A stretch of DNA of 64,000 nucleotides. It comes from a virus. The notes under the pieces are model-generated. The model searched no databases. It had not been told where the DNA came from and saw nothing but the letters and a program-made list of their open reading frames with translations. The stretch covers positions 15,925-79,924 of the IMG/VR virus record IMGVR_UViG_3300047476_001812; one strand, given 5' to 3'. A program made the position numbers and the translations under genes. Shown piece after piece: positions 29,746-39,943 of this stretch. Every line of letters starts with the position of its first letter. The stretch's first letter is position 1.

Positions 29746-31257
29746 ATGGCCAATCAACTACTAAGAACACAACGGGATGCTGCTAGAGAACGAGCCAAAG
29801 ATAAAGCTCGTGAGGCTATGATTACAGCACCATCAGAAGAGATGGTAAAAGCACAGAATGAATTTCCATTCTTCTGTGAATATGTTACCCGTAACTCTGA
29901 GCGTCCTATTGTTCTAGCCAAACATCATTTGGGGTGGGTAAAACATTGGATTACAGGAAAAGATAGTGAGAATCTTGTAGGTATAGCAGGTGTGGACATA
30001 GATTTACTCGCCCCACGCGGAAGTGCTAAGTCTACAGTATTGGGTTTATTTCTTGCGTGGTCTATAGGTAAACACGCATTAGCTAAAAGAGTATTACAAA
30101 TACTATATGTAAGTAACAGTATTGAATTAGCCCGTGCTAAATCTGCTGCTATAAAAGATATTATAAGTAGTCCAGAATACCAAGAAGTATTTCCTACAGT
30201 TATCCCAGCAAAACACAGATGGGCTGACAGTTATTGGGCTATAGATTTTAGTTACGCTGGTATTAAATCTAGTGGTACTGAGAGATTTACCATGATTGCT
30301 GCTGGCGTAAAGGGTGGTATTGTCAGTAAACGCTTTAACTTGGTTATTTTTGATGACTTAATTAAATCTGTAGATGAAATGGCTACAGGAGAAGCCAGGG
30401 TTAAGCTAGAAAAGTTGGTATCATCTTCTATTAACCCTACGTTACTACCAGGAGGGCGTAAACTTTCTTTGGGTACTAGATTCCGTCCTGATGACATTCA
30501 CTGCACTGCTTTTACCCCTGACAAGGGATGGTATCAAATTCAGGAAAGCGCAATACTCATAGATGAAGAAGGAAATGAGTATAGCTTTTGGGAAGAATGG
30601 TTAAAGCTAGAAGATTTGCAAAGACGTAGACAAGAAGACCCCTTGGCGTTTGCCTACCAATACCAGAATACAATTGTTCCCCTGGAAGATATTGGTTTAG
30701 AACCAGGATGGATTTACTTTGAAAACATTCCCACTGAATTTGATAATTATGTTGTCGGTGTAGACTTAGCTGCTAGTTTAAAGCAGAAAGCAGACTACAC
30801 AGTGATGATGTTGCTAGGAGTATTGGACGGTAAGTTTTATTTCCTTGATTACCGTAGGGGTAAATGGCAAGGTAACTTACAGATACTAGATGCCTTATTG
30901 GAAATGTATGAAGAATGGTATGAAGATGGTGTACCATTCAACATTTACGTTGAGTCAGTAGCTTATCAGTCATCTTTGCAGGGAGACTTTCAACGTTATG
31001 TTGTCAACGAAAAAGGTTTATACGACATCAACTGTTACCCCTACAGACTGAAAGGAGATAAGTTAGCCCATCTCCTGTCAATCAGTGGGGCTTACGCCTC
31101 TGGGGTGGTGAGGTATAATAAATATAAGTTCAAGCTCAAAGATGAAGTTATAGATGAGCTTGTAAACTTTGGAAGTAAATCGCATGATGACTGCTTAGAT
31201 GCCTCTGCAATAGCGTTACAAGCTGCTGGGGTCAGAAAGAGGATAGAGGCAAGGTAA
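29746..31257 (+). CDS. terL: terminase large subunit
   Basis: LAPRGSAKST (Walker A), LVIFDDLIK (Walker B), LGTRFRPDD, VGVDLA nuclease motif, SHDDCLDA. Confidence 0.92.
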   Translation: MANQLLRTQRDAARERAKDKAREAMITAPSEEMVKAQNEFPFFCEYVTRNSERPIVLAKHHLGWVKHWITGKDSENLVGIAGVDIDLLAPRGSAKSTVLGLFLAWSIGKHALAKRVLQILYVSNSIELARAKSAAIKDIISSPEYQEVFPTVIPAKHRWADSYWAIDFSYAGIKSSGTERFTMIAAGVKGGIVSKRFNLVIFDDLIKSVDEMATGEARVKLEKLVSSSINPTLLPGGRKLSLGTRFRPDDIHCTAFTPDKGWYQIQESAILIDEEGNEYSFWEEWLKLEDLQRRRQEDPLAFAYQYQNTIVPLEDIGLEPGWIYFENIPTEFDNYVVGVDLAASLKQKADYTVMMLLGVLDGKFYFLDYRRGKWQGNLQILDALLEMYEEWYEDGVPFNIYVESVAYQSSLQGDFQRYVVNEKGLYDINCYPYRLKGDKLAHLLSISGAYASGVVRYNKYKFKLKDEVIDELVNFGSKSHDDCLDASAIALQAAGVRKRIEAR

Positions 31258-32382
31258 ACGGAAACGGTAAGTTTTAACTCCATTTAGTTCAGATATTTCA
31301 CACTTCCATTCTTTTAAAAGCCTCCGAACATATCTTCTAGTCCCACCACTACCAGATTTGCAGCCAACAACAGAATAACACTGGTCTAATGTTACCGCAT
31401 TACCTTCTTCCATAAATCTTCTTAATATATTTTCTGTTGAGTCGTAAGTTACAAATTCAAATTGTTCAAGTAGATGTTCATTATTGATTGGCACAATAAC
31501 CAAAGCGGCATTGTGTCTTCTACCCTTCGCGCATTTAACTAACCCTAATTCTATGAGTTCATGAACCGCCCTTAAAGATGTACTTTTATCCGCCCTTAAT
31601 ACATTAGTTAAATCTTTTATATAAGTAACTCCATTATTTGAATTAATAAAATCTAAGGCTTTTTTTCTGTTTCCACCTAAAACATCTATCTTTTTATATT
31701 GGTTAAAATCATCAAGTAAATGTTTTCTATCAATGTCAATATAAATTTTTTTAACTCTATTGAGCTTGAGAAAAACAACTTTTTCAGTTTTGACTAATTT
31801 AACTAGTGCAGTATAAACGGACTTTTTGACCCAAGTTTTCTCCTCATTAATCTGAGATGCAGTAGATGGACGTGATAAACTTTTTAATCTTTTTAAGATT
31901 TCATCGGGTAAAGTTGTCTTTTTCTTTGGTTTAAGACTTTCTATATAATCATCAAGTAAATCTTTTCTATCAGCATCTATGTAATAGGTTCTAGCTGTAG
32001 ACCTCATACTTACTATTTCACCACTTGCCAGTAAGACTTTCAACCATCTTTCCAGGGTAACTTTACTTGATACTCTATCTGCATACATCTCTCTGACAGA
32101 CAAAGGTTTATCAGTGTTTTTTAGGTGGTTTAATACTGTCTGTTTGTAGTTGGTTATTTCTCTTTTAGGCTTATCTTCTTTAACTTTTTTGCCTGTTTTA
32201 GTTGTATCTACTTCAACCTTCTCAACTCGTTTAACTACTTCATCTATTAACTTTTGGTTTTTGAGCATTTTAAAGCAGTCAATACAAACTACTCTACTTT
32301 CTACTTGCCACTCCATGTTATTACGAAATTTATGGCACGACTCACACCGCCCAACCTTGGTTTCTATTTGAATAGCTATCAT
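31216..32382 (-). CDS. multi winged-helix DNA-binding protein with N-terminal Cys4 finger
   Basis: CESC...CIDC; repeated wHTH-like units (LERWLKVLLASGEI, VYTALVKLVKTEKV, TSLRAVHELIELGLV). Confidence 0.7.
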   Translation of the reverse strand: MIAIQIETKVGRCESCHKFRNNMEWQVESRVVCIDCFKMLKNQKLIDEVVKRVEKVEVDTTKTGKKVKEDKPKREITNYKQTVLNHLKNTDKPLSVREMYADRVSSKVTLERWLKVLLASGEIVSMRSTARTYYIDADRKDLLDDYIESLKPKKKTTLPDEILKRLKSLSRPSTASQINEEKTWVKKSVYTALVKLVKTEKVVFLKLNRVKKIYIDIDRKHLLDDFNQYKKIDVLGGNRKKALDFINSNNGVTYIKDLTNVLRADKSTSLRAVHELIELGLVKCAKGRRHNAALVIVPINNEHLLEQFEFVTYDSTENILRRFMEEGNAVTLDQCYSVVGCKSGSGGTRRYVRRLLKEWKCEISELNGVKTYRFRLPCLYPLSDPSSL

Positions 32383-32745
32383 AACTTTAACTTCTGTTTA
32401 TTTTGCTATTGGTTATTATAACCTGCAAGGTAACAAAAGAAAAGGGGCATGGTAGCCCCTAAATTTTATTTAATACACTTAAACTACATCAAACTAAATA
32501 GGGGCGTAGCCCCCATGTTTCAAACTTCACAAATAATTAGGCGTTAGCCTTGCCCCCTATTCTTAGTATAAAAACACTAGGAATAGGGGGCTTCCAGTCA
32601 ATTACCTGCCTGAACCGCGTTCCATAAGAAACTCCATTTATTGCTAATACTTCAATTCTAATGGGGCAATCGCCCCTGTACCACTGGGAAAAGTGGGGAG
32701 GATAATCCCCAGTGGTAGTCATCAGGTCAGGCTAGGGAACACCAC

Positions 32746-33636
32746 CTAACTTGCTGCAATGATATCACGTAATTGTGATACTGACAACCCTGCAAGTAGA
32801 ATATTTTCAATTACTTGCTGCATTATTTTTTCAGCATTGCGCTTGTCAGTCGCCTTGACAATTACTTGAAAATCAGGGATGGATTTACCAACACCAATAA
32901 TCCACTGTTTGCAGCGTCTAGCATTGGATTTATAGCCATCAGCCATCATTTGTCTAACTTGAGAGTCCGTAGCTGGGATATGTTCAATGAGTTCTGGCGG
33001 CTGCTCAAGCTCAACTAAGGGAGGAGCAACGTCGTCCAAGGTTAAGCCATATTGGGGAACAGGAACGGCTAACTGAGGCGTTAGCCGTTCACAAGTTGCC
33101 AAATAATTGTCAATAAACTTCTGAGTACGTTGAGACTCAGGGCAACGGTCGAATAAATACTTGGCTTGGTCAATAGTTTCACACTTAGCAAAAGACTGGG
33201 GTTGGCGTGGGTCAAATCTGCGGAAAACAGATTTAGCTACTTTGGAAACGGTTTCTTTAGCTTGAGTTACTGCTGCTTTAATGGGCTTGACAAATTCGTA
33301 AGCAGTTTTAGCAAAGCCACGAAACTTCATCAAGGCATAGGCCGTTTGATTCTGAAACCACTTGGCTTTGATGCCACTGGCAGGATTACAGTTAGCAACT
33401 AAATACTCAAGACTAGAGAGTGACGTGATAGCAAATTCACACACCCGATGGTATGTGTTCTTGGTATCCTTAAGCAAATACACCCCATCTAACTTTCGGT
33501 CAGAAGGAACATACTTAGAGTAATCCGCCCAATATAATCGAGCAATGAAAGTGCCGATAGGGCATTCGGCAAACTGGTAACGACGTGATTCTTTGAGGCA
33601 GGTTAATGTTAATTCGGGCTTAATAGATACTGACAT
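32746..33636 (-). CDS. hypothetical protein
   Basis: 296-aa ORF, GAGG RBS, motif C at 33650. Confidence 0.7.
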   Translation of the reverse strand: MSVSIKPELTLTCLKESRRYQFAECPIGTFIARLYWADYSKYVPSDRKLDGVYLLKDTKNTYHRVCEFAITSLSSLEYLVANCNPASGIKAKWFQNQTAYALMKFRGFAKTAYEFVKPIKAAVTQAKETVSKVAKSVFRRFDPRQPQSFAKCETIDQAKYLFDRCPESQRTQKFIDNYLATCERLTPQLAVPVPQYGLTLDDVAPPLVELEQPPELIEHIPATDSQVRQMMADGYKSNARRCKQWIIGVGKSIPDFQVIVKATDKRNAEKIMQQVIENILLAGLSVSQLRDIIAAS

Positions 33637-33820
33637 GAGATTTTCCTCTGTTTATTTTGCTAATAAATTGAACTGAACATTGAACTGAACACGGTCGTTG
33701 TAGGGGCTATCTAGAATTACCTAAAGTGCGTCCACTTAAACTACAACTACAAAAAAAATAGAACGCGTAGCGCACATAAAAAATACCCAATGGATTAAAC
33801 CAATGGGTAAAAATTGAGCA

Positions 33821-34294
33821 TTAAGCTGCTGCTAAAAGATTACGACGACGAACTCCAATTCCTTCACATTCAATGTAATCAAGGGGAACGATATAACAAA
33901 CTTCACCGCGCCGGACAAAGAAGTTAAAATCGTCGGAGTTTGTTCGGTTTTTCAAAAGGTTGTTTAGACCTGCCAGGGGAATGAGTACGCTATCGAAAGT
34001 TTTTATGTCAATCCACAAGATATGGGTTACTTCCTTGTGGAATGGCATTTCGAGATATAATCCACGAGTGGATTTATACTTTTGAAAGTACAAATTCTCA
34101 ATGCCTTTAGTGGAAGCCTTAATCAAAATCGTTACACTTTTAATCTCACTATTTTTCCAGAAAACCCATCGGAAGACATTAGCTTCAAGCTGGGTTAGGT
34201 TCAGGGTATCAACAGACTTAAAAGCCCATTGAGAAAAGATATTGCAAGCTAATTTGCTGATTTCAACTGTTGTGTAAGCCATGATAAGCTCCAA
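33821..34294 (-). CDS. hypothetical protein (class A cassette)
   Basis: ORF between a class A motif and a terminator hairpin; ATG at 34282 may be the true start. Confidence 0.65.
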   Translation of the reverse strand: MELIMAYTTVEISKLACNIFSQWAFKSVDTLNLTQLEANVFRWVFWKNSEIKSVTILIKASTKGIENLYFQKYKSTRGLYLEMPFHKEVTHILWIDIKTFDSVLIPLAGLNNLLKNRTNSDDFNFFVRRGEVCYIVPLDYIECEGIGVRRRNLLAAA

Positions 34295-34360
34295 TCAAAT
34301 AAAACTACAAACAAAAAAAAGGGAGCGTAGCTCCCCATAAAAACCTTCTTTCGATTAAGC

Positions 34361-34645
34361 CTAGATAAAGAAATTCCCTTCACGCTTTAATTTTTCTATC
34401 AAGTTTTCATCTTTTAAAGGATGAACTTCAATTTCAAAGCCCAAAGCCGAGGATATTTTCTCATATTCTAATTTTCCATTTACGGAAAATTTTTTTGTCT
34501 TAAACCTACCAAAACACGGATTACCGGAATGGAAATCCGTAAAGTAATAAGTCATTTCTTCTGGTAACGACTCTTCATTCAGTAAATTCATTACATTCCG
34601 GTAAACTTCGGATGTTTGAAGCAAGTCTTTATTTAAGTTGGTCAT
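34361..34645 (-). CDS. hypothetical protein
   Basis: 94-aa ORF; hairpin motif at 34675-34696. Confidence 0.65.
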   Translation of the reverse strand: MTNLNKDLLQTSEVYRNVMNLLNEESLPEEMTYYFTDFHSGNPCFGRFKTKKFSVNGKLEYEKISSALGFEIEVHPLKDENLIEKLKREGNFFI

Positions 34646-34720
34646 TTTCTTTTTCTCCGATTAGTTAATTTCCACCAAAAGTAATTAGGCGTTAGCCTTG
34701 TACTTGCTAACGCCAACCAA

Positions 34721-35440
34721 TTAAACCTTGCTTTCTGCAATAAGCCAATTAATGGCTTTTACAATGCTGTTTCCGTGACAGTCTAAGGGTTCACAGAAAC
34801 AGATTAATCTGACATTGACACCTGACTTAACAAGCAAAGCAATACGTTTTAACTCATTCCAAACTGAGTTTTGGGCGTCAGGTTCACGCCATGCAATTTG
34901 CATCTGCTTCCAAAGCCATCTGTGATACAAGTCACAAACAGTTTTTCTGGTATGTTCACCACCCATAGGGTATGGATTCCCTAAAACACTAGGTCTACCA
35001 ATGTAAATATCGGTATAACCAAGCTCAGGAGAAAGTGTTTTCTTATTGACAACTTTGATGTTGCCAACCTTGAAAGTTTGAATCACTTTTGTTTTGGGAA
35101 CACGCTTGATATTTTCAGCAGTCCCTTTGCTAAATCCGTCCCAAATAGCTAAACCAAAGTCAGCTTGAGAACACATAAACTTATCTCTGTCAGTATAACT
35201 GCCATCAACTTTAACTGTACAAAAGCCAGCATTATTTCTTGGCTTTTGATAAGCATGAAAAACAGTTACCGCTTTATAATCTTTGGACTTCAGATATTGC
35301 TGAACTAAGAGGTCAATTCCGGGAGCATCTCCAACAAGAATCTCAAATCTTTGCTCCATGATTTTATCTAAAGACTTAATAACGTCTTTAGGTAAAACAG
35401 GTATTGAACGGCTGCCAGAAATTACTACTTTCATAGCCAA
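34721..35440 (-). CDS. SLOG/YspA-like domain fused to DUF4326
   Basis: KVVISGSRSI...LVGDAPGID...AIWDGFSKGT; IYIGRPSVLGNPY...LICFCEPLDCHG. Confidence 0.8.
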   Translation of the reverse strand: MAMKVVISGSRSIPVLPKDVIKSLDKIMEQRFEILVGDAPGIDLLVQQYLKSKDYKAVTVFHAYQKPRNNAGFCTVKVDGSYTDRDKFMCSQADFGLAIWDGFSKGTAENIKRVPKTKVIQTFKVGNIKVVNKKTLSPELGYTDIYIGRPSVLGNPYPMGGEHTRKTVCDLYHRWLWKQMQIAWREPDAQNSVWNELKRIALLVKSGVNVRLICFCEPLDCHGNSIVKAINWLIAESKV

Positions 35441-35515
35441 GTAAATAAACTACAACTAAATAATTTAGGAGCGTAGCGACCATAAAAAAAGGTGGCTTTT
35501 ACACCACCTAATAAT

Positions 35516-35710
35516 TTATAAATCGTCTATCGTTTCTGCCATTACAGGCTCGTTTAAGCCTGCGGGTTCGTCAAAACGAGGTTCATTTTCCCACTCCTCG
35601 TCTATGGACTTTACTGATAGTCTATACTCCAAGAATATAGACAGTAAATCTTGAGAATCCTTGAGGAATTTCTCTTCAAGAAATTCGTTAAAATTAAAGT
35701 TAAGGTTCAT
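35516..35710 (-). CDS. small acidic protein
   Basis: Cassette between class A motifs. Confidence 0.55.
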   Translation of the reverse strand: MNLNFNFNEFLEEKFLKDSQDLLSIFLEYRLSVKSIDEEWENEPRFDEPAGLNEPVMAETIDDL

Positions 35711-35796
35711 AATAGACCCCAAATTAAACTACAACTAACTAATAGGAGCGTAGCGACCATAAAAAAACCGTCAGCATTTAAGCCAACGGATAAACT

Positions 35797-36228
35797 CTAA
35801 ATTTGAACTATTACTGCATTTGGGCAGTGAGTTCGTATCAAGTTGCCGACTACATTCCAACCCCCACCAGCTAAACCACATCCCATTTTATAGGGAAGAT
35901 ATGGGGTTAACCCTAACTCAATGGATTTAGTGTGAAGTTTATTGAGGCAAACCGTCAAAGCATCATAATCAGTTTGACGTTTACCAATCCCATAGCCATT
36001 TTGACCTGCCATGTTGCAAATATATAAACCAGGATTGACCTTTACAAACTGCACCATTCCAAGGAGGAATTTACCCTCCTTGCAATACTTGGAATAGGAG
36101 GTAAAGCAAACTGGGTATTTTTCTCGCAGGGATTTAGCTAACCCCGCACCCATCACGCCCTTGCAATTAACTTGATGGCAAATAATGCCAGATTCAATTG
36201 TTAACAAATTACCTTTGATTAATTCCAT
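35797..36228 (-). CDS. macro domain protein (ADP-ribose binding/hydrolase)
   Basis: IKGNLL, ICHQVNCKGVMGAGLA, PYKMGCGLAGGGW. Confidence 0.92.
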   Translation of the reverse strand: MELIKGNLLTIESGIICHQVNCKGVMGAGLAKSLREKYPVCFTSYSKYCKEGKFLLGMVQFVKVNPGLYICNMAGQNGYGIGKRQTDYDALTVCLNKLHTKSIELGLTPYLPYKMGCGLAGGGWNVVGNLIRTHCPNAVIVQI

Positions 36229-36288
36229 GCCAATAAACCACCATAAACTACACCTATTTTGCAGGAGCGTAGCGACTCATAAAAATCT

Positions 36289-36510
36289 TTATTGTTTTAA
36301 ATTTTTGTTCAAAGCTTCTGCCAATTTAATGGCTTTGGCTTTAGTTAAACCAACTTTAATGTTAGTTAATTTACCATTAAGTTTCCAGATAACAGACCAG
36401 TATGTGTCATTGTTTATCAGCATTTGGACAGCATGAAAACTGTTTTCAGATAACAATTTTCTAGCGTTGTTAAATTCAACTACAGCAGCCTGAGTTATTT
36501 CTTTAGACAT
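36289..36510 (-). CDS. hypothetical protein
   Basis: 73-aa ORF; hairpin motif at 36523-36544. Confidence 0.6.
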   Translation of the reverse strand: MSKEITQAAVVEFNNARKLLSENSFHAVQMLINNDTYWSVIWKLNGKLTNIKVGLTKAKAIKLAEALNKNLKQ

Positions 36511-36560
36511 ATACTTAACACTTCACTACTTATAAGGCGTTAGCCCTGTACTTTGTATGC

Positions 36561-36803
36561 TTACCAATCAGGATAATCTGTGTTGTCAAGATTAATCCGT
36601 TCTTCTTCTAATTTTTGCTTGAGATAATTAGCCAAGTCTAACACTTCTTCATAAGCGTCTTGTAAAGCACTTCTGTTGTTGAAAGGTTGTAGTGGAGTAC
36701 CGTATTTTTGAATGCCTATCTGTTTCCGGTACAAGATGTCTGCGGCAACCAGATTGGCTATGTGGGGAAGGTTGTTAGGGACTGGATTAGGCAATGGTTG
36801 CAT
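36561..36803 (-). CDS. small all-alpha NTP pyrophosphatase-like (MazG-like) phage protein
   Basis: RKQIGIQKYGTPL...ALQDAYEEVLDLANYL. Confidence 0.6.
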   Translation of the reverse strand: MQPLPNPVPNNLPHIANLVAADILYRKQIGIQKYGTPLQPFNNRSALQDAYEEVLDLANYLKQKLEEERINLDNTDYPDW

Positions 36804-37827
36804 AAAATTTTGTAGTGGTTTTAGATTATCCCTTTAATTTTCCTTGTTAAAGCCTCTTGGATTTGGATTAATAACCAAATACCCCAGAAAGATATTAAAG
36901 GCATTTAAAACACAAAAATAGAGGCAAATCAGAGGACGTGCGGCGGAAAGCTTATCCCCAGGAAAAGGCAAAGGCGTAGACCAAAGAAGGAAATTCTGTG
37001 GTGGGAAAGCAAGGGTAAACCCAGTACAGAAGGTTTTCTAGCATTGTGTACCCTCTAGCCCTCTAACCTCTGGTTTTCTAACAGCCTGTTTTTCTAATAG
37101 CTTACATACCCTAACAGCCTGTTTTAACAAAGCTAATTTAAACTTTCTTGCTGGTTTAAAATTCTTTTGGTTTTTAGGTGAAAGCTTTCCGTGCGCGCAC
37201 CAGGCGATAGCCTGTCCATATTCGGAGGTGTGTTGTAAATAGGACACCTGTTCAAATAAAGTAGTCTTCTTATATCGTGTGTAATTTAATTAATATAATA
37301 TATTAACTAATATATATATAATATAAGAGCAGCGTTTATTTGCTTGATGGTAGCAATAGAGACGTTGGGTAAAAAGGTATTTTGATAGGGTTGAAATAGG
37401 CATTTAAAAGTTATTTTGTATTAATTGAAAGCATTGTTGTTAAAGGGTTTTGGTTTATTTTAATTGTTAACAAATAGTAGGAAATAAGTATATCTTTGTA
37501 CGGATTACTGAGAAGGTATGTAGAATGACTGAGTTCACTATGATATTGTACGATTGAGCATATACTATAAGTGGTTAATGTGATTATAGTATTGAGTGAT
37601 AACCGTACTACTGATGACTAAAGCTTGATTATTGCGCCATTTGCTATAAGTGACAGAGTATCCGCTGAGTCTGTACGTTTGAGCATATACGGACTAGCCT
37701 TTCAAAGAGCTTATTGTCTGTAGTTTGTGGTATAATTGAATAGTCAATAAAAAAAAATCCCCTCGCAAACCTGGTACTGGTAATACCGAAGATTTCAGGG
37801 GAAGTAACCTATAGGGCAGGTCACAAT

Positions 37828-38202
37828 ATGATTATTCTAAATGGTTTTAACCACCGCGTCTATCCTGAGCGGAAATGTATTCCTGGACTTATTTATTTAG
37901 TCAAATGCCATGAATACTACAAAATTGGACAAACAGGTGGACATATCAACGCAAGAATTTCGCAAATACAAACTGGAAACCCATACGCTGTAGAGCTTAT
38001 TGACCAGTTCTCTTCATACAAGCCAAGAAAAGATGAGGACTTTCTGCACCGTTTATTTGATAACGTCAGGGTAAGGGGTGAGTGGTTTGAAATTCCTTCT
38101 ATTTATATTGAAAGCAGAGAAATTTGGTTTAAACCATTTGAAAATATGTCGGTTAAGCAGATTCAAGATGAGATAGAATCCAAGATTCTAGCTGGCAAGT
38201 AA
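37828..38202 (+). CDS. T5orf172/GIY-YIG family protein
   Basis: GLIYLVK...YYKIGQT...RISQIQTGNP...LHRLF..RVRGEWF; TGGTATAAT extended -10 at ~37728-37736. Confidence 0.88.
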   Translation: MIILNGFNHRVYPERKCIPGLIYLVKCHEYYKIGQTGGHINARISQIQTGNPYAVELIDQFSSYKPRKDEDFLHRLFDNVRVRGEWFEIPSIYIESREIWFKPFENMSVKQIQDEIESKILAGK

Positions 38203-38482
38203 TCCTGTCTACGTAAAACACAAACCAATTACCCACTAGCTAATCACCTTGGTTTAGAGTTAGTGGATATTACCTTATCTAAAGCTCTCTTATAGATTAC
38301 ACTGTCGTATTACTCCGTACAAATTGAAGTATCCAGCAATTAGTCTATTGTAATTCCCCTTAATTTAATGTCATCTGAAAGACTAAGTGTATTAATATTG
38401 CAAACGTAGTTGTAGTCTTGGTTTCAGGGGTTTTGCAAAGCTAACAAAAGAAAAGGAGGGACAATGCCCTCCGAGTGAAAAT

Positions 38483-38644
38483 TTATTTTGAGATAACTAT
38501 TGAAACAGTCAAACTTGCCTGCGATATCGCAAGCAGATTTACCCCACTTAGCTTGTTGAACTCCCTTGTCACCAAGGAACTCAAGAATCTTGCTTTGCCG
38601 TTGCTGTAAACAACAGCTTTAGTCCTGACTTTTCTGAGTTTCAT
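38483..38644 (-). CDS. small basic protein
   Basis: ATG 38644 just downstream of a class A motif; terminator hairpin at ~38455-38472. Confidence 0.55.
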   Translation of the reverse strand: MKLRKVRTKAVVYSNGKARFLSSLVTREFNKLSGVNLLAISQASLTVSIVISK

Positions 38645-38724
38645 GATAAAATCCCATTGATTACGCCACAAACAGGAAGCGTAGCGACCATAAAAAAAGG
38701 AGGGACTAAGCCCTCCCAAAATAG

Positions 38725-38916
38725 TTAATATTCAATAAAGTCGTCCTCAATGGGCTCATCGAATGAGGACTTTACCTCCTCAAGGGCTTCTCTCAACATT
38801 TCCATATTCATATCTTCGTACCCCTCCACATCATAAAATTCAGCAAGAAGGAGTAACCCCTCCTTACCAGAGGAGTGGATTCTGTCCAGAGCGGACAGTC
38901 TAAATGTGATTCTCAT
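38725..38916 (-). CDS. small acidic protein
   Basis: ATG 38916 just downstream of the class A motif at 38932. Confidence 0.6.
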   Translation of the reverse strand: MRITFRLSALDRIHSSGKEGLLLLAEFYDVEGYEDMNMEMLREALEEVKSSFDEPIEDDFIEY

Positions 38917-39000
38917 AACCAAACCTGAATTAACTACAACTATATATAGGGAGCGTAGCGACCATAAAAACAACTCTGCCAGAGCAGCAAGCTGCAAGAC

Positions 39001-39030
39001 TTGTCACTTAACCACAAAGTCTGCTATATT
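39001..39030 (+). promoter_or_regulatory. sigma70-type promoter for the putative ncRNA
   Basis: TTGTCA (39001-39006), 18-nt spacer, TGC-TATATT (39025-39030). Confidence 0.65.
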
Positions 39031-39036
39031 GTATTT

Positions 39037-39480
39037 ACTTGGTTGAACTAACTACGAGTGAGTAGACGCAAACCACCACGATGTAAGGCTCTTGAGGCTT
39101 TGAAGTGTAGAGCTAGTGAGGAACTGAGCTTGGTTAGCAGACGAAATGCCGGATAGAGTTCAGACTTGGTAAAACAGTCCTCTAAGCAATCGTGAGGACA
39201 CCGGGCTAAAGTTCTGCCTTACCTGGGAAACCGGGACTTGGTTGAGAGACCCTCAATTAAAGTAAAGAATTAGTTGGCAACTCTAAAGTTGTGATTGCAA
39301 GTTGGTTGTAAAACCTGATTACCTGTAATGTAAATCCCACCTGACTGTAAAACCAAATAATCCCCATTGTTAAAGGATTCTATCTTTTAACCAAGTCTTC
39401 TCTAATCCTGTTTGGTTTACTGCGTAGAGCCAAAGCTAAAGAGGTTAAGAAAACTTACTTGGTTTATAAAAGATGGAAGT
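39037..39480 (+). ncRNA. unidentified structured non-coding RNA (~440 nt)
   Basis: No ORF of 60 aa or more; many stems (GTAAGGC/GCCTTAC, GTCCTC/GAGGAC, CCTGG-GAAA-CCGGG, long 39378-39478 hairpin); upstream promoter. Confidence 0.6.
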
Positions 39481-39548
39481 TTTGTCGTGTTTACCTATAA
39501 CCCGAAGGCAATAAAAGAAAAAGAGAGCCGAAGCCCTCCTAATCAAAA

Positions 39549-39794
39549 TTAGTAACTGTAAGTACCTACGCACTCACCGTCCAGGTAGACATCTACTACA
39601 TAGCTTTTGTCCCCTATGCGGGTTTTTCTAGTTTTGATATCAATGTTGGCGTTGTCAGGTATTTCCCCAACAATACCTTTAATCTTGTCTATCTGCTCCC
39701 AATTCTGGGAATACCCCTGTAGCTGTTTCGCCCACATGGGACGATTGTCCTGACGACCTTCGCTTTCAAACACACCGTTATCTAAATCAAACAT
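39549..39794 (-). CDS. hypothetical protein (class A cassette)
   Basis: GAGG RBS; followed by the GGAGGGC-TTCG-GCTCTC-T-run terminator (~39512-39539). Confidence 0.65.
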   Translation of the reverse strand: MFDLDNGVFESEGRQDNRPMWAKQLQGYSQNWEQIDKIKGIVGEIPDNANIDIKTRKTRIGDKSYVVDVYLDGECVGTYSY

Positions 39795-39943
39795 AACCAA
39801 ATCCTCAATACGTTAACTACAACAAAACTAAAGGGGCGTAGCCCCCATAAAAAACCAACATTAGACAAAGCTAACATCAAAACCTATCAGGCGTTAGCCT
39901 TGTCCATGCGAAGGACAAACGGGGGAATTTAACCCCCAGGAAG

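Noticed and set aside
33063-33090. GCGTTAGC-type cores at 33078, 10263, 11937 and 46315, and GCAATTGC at 23146 and 60296, as class B sites
   Set aside because: They lack YCAH at the 10-nt spacing and most are intragenic; not counted
39037-39480. tmRNA, RNase P RNA, tRNA or group II intron
   Set aside because: No tRNA-like ends, no GAGGAAAGUCC core, no GUGYG start or domain V recognised
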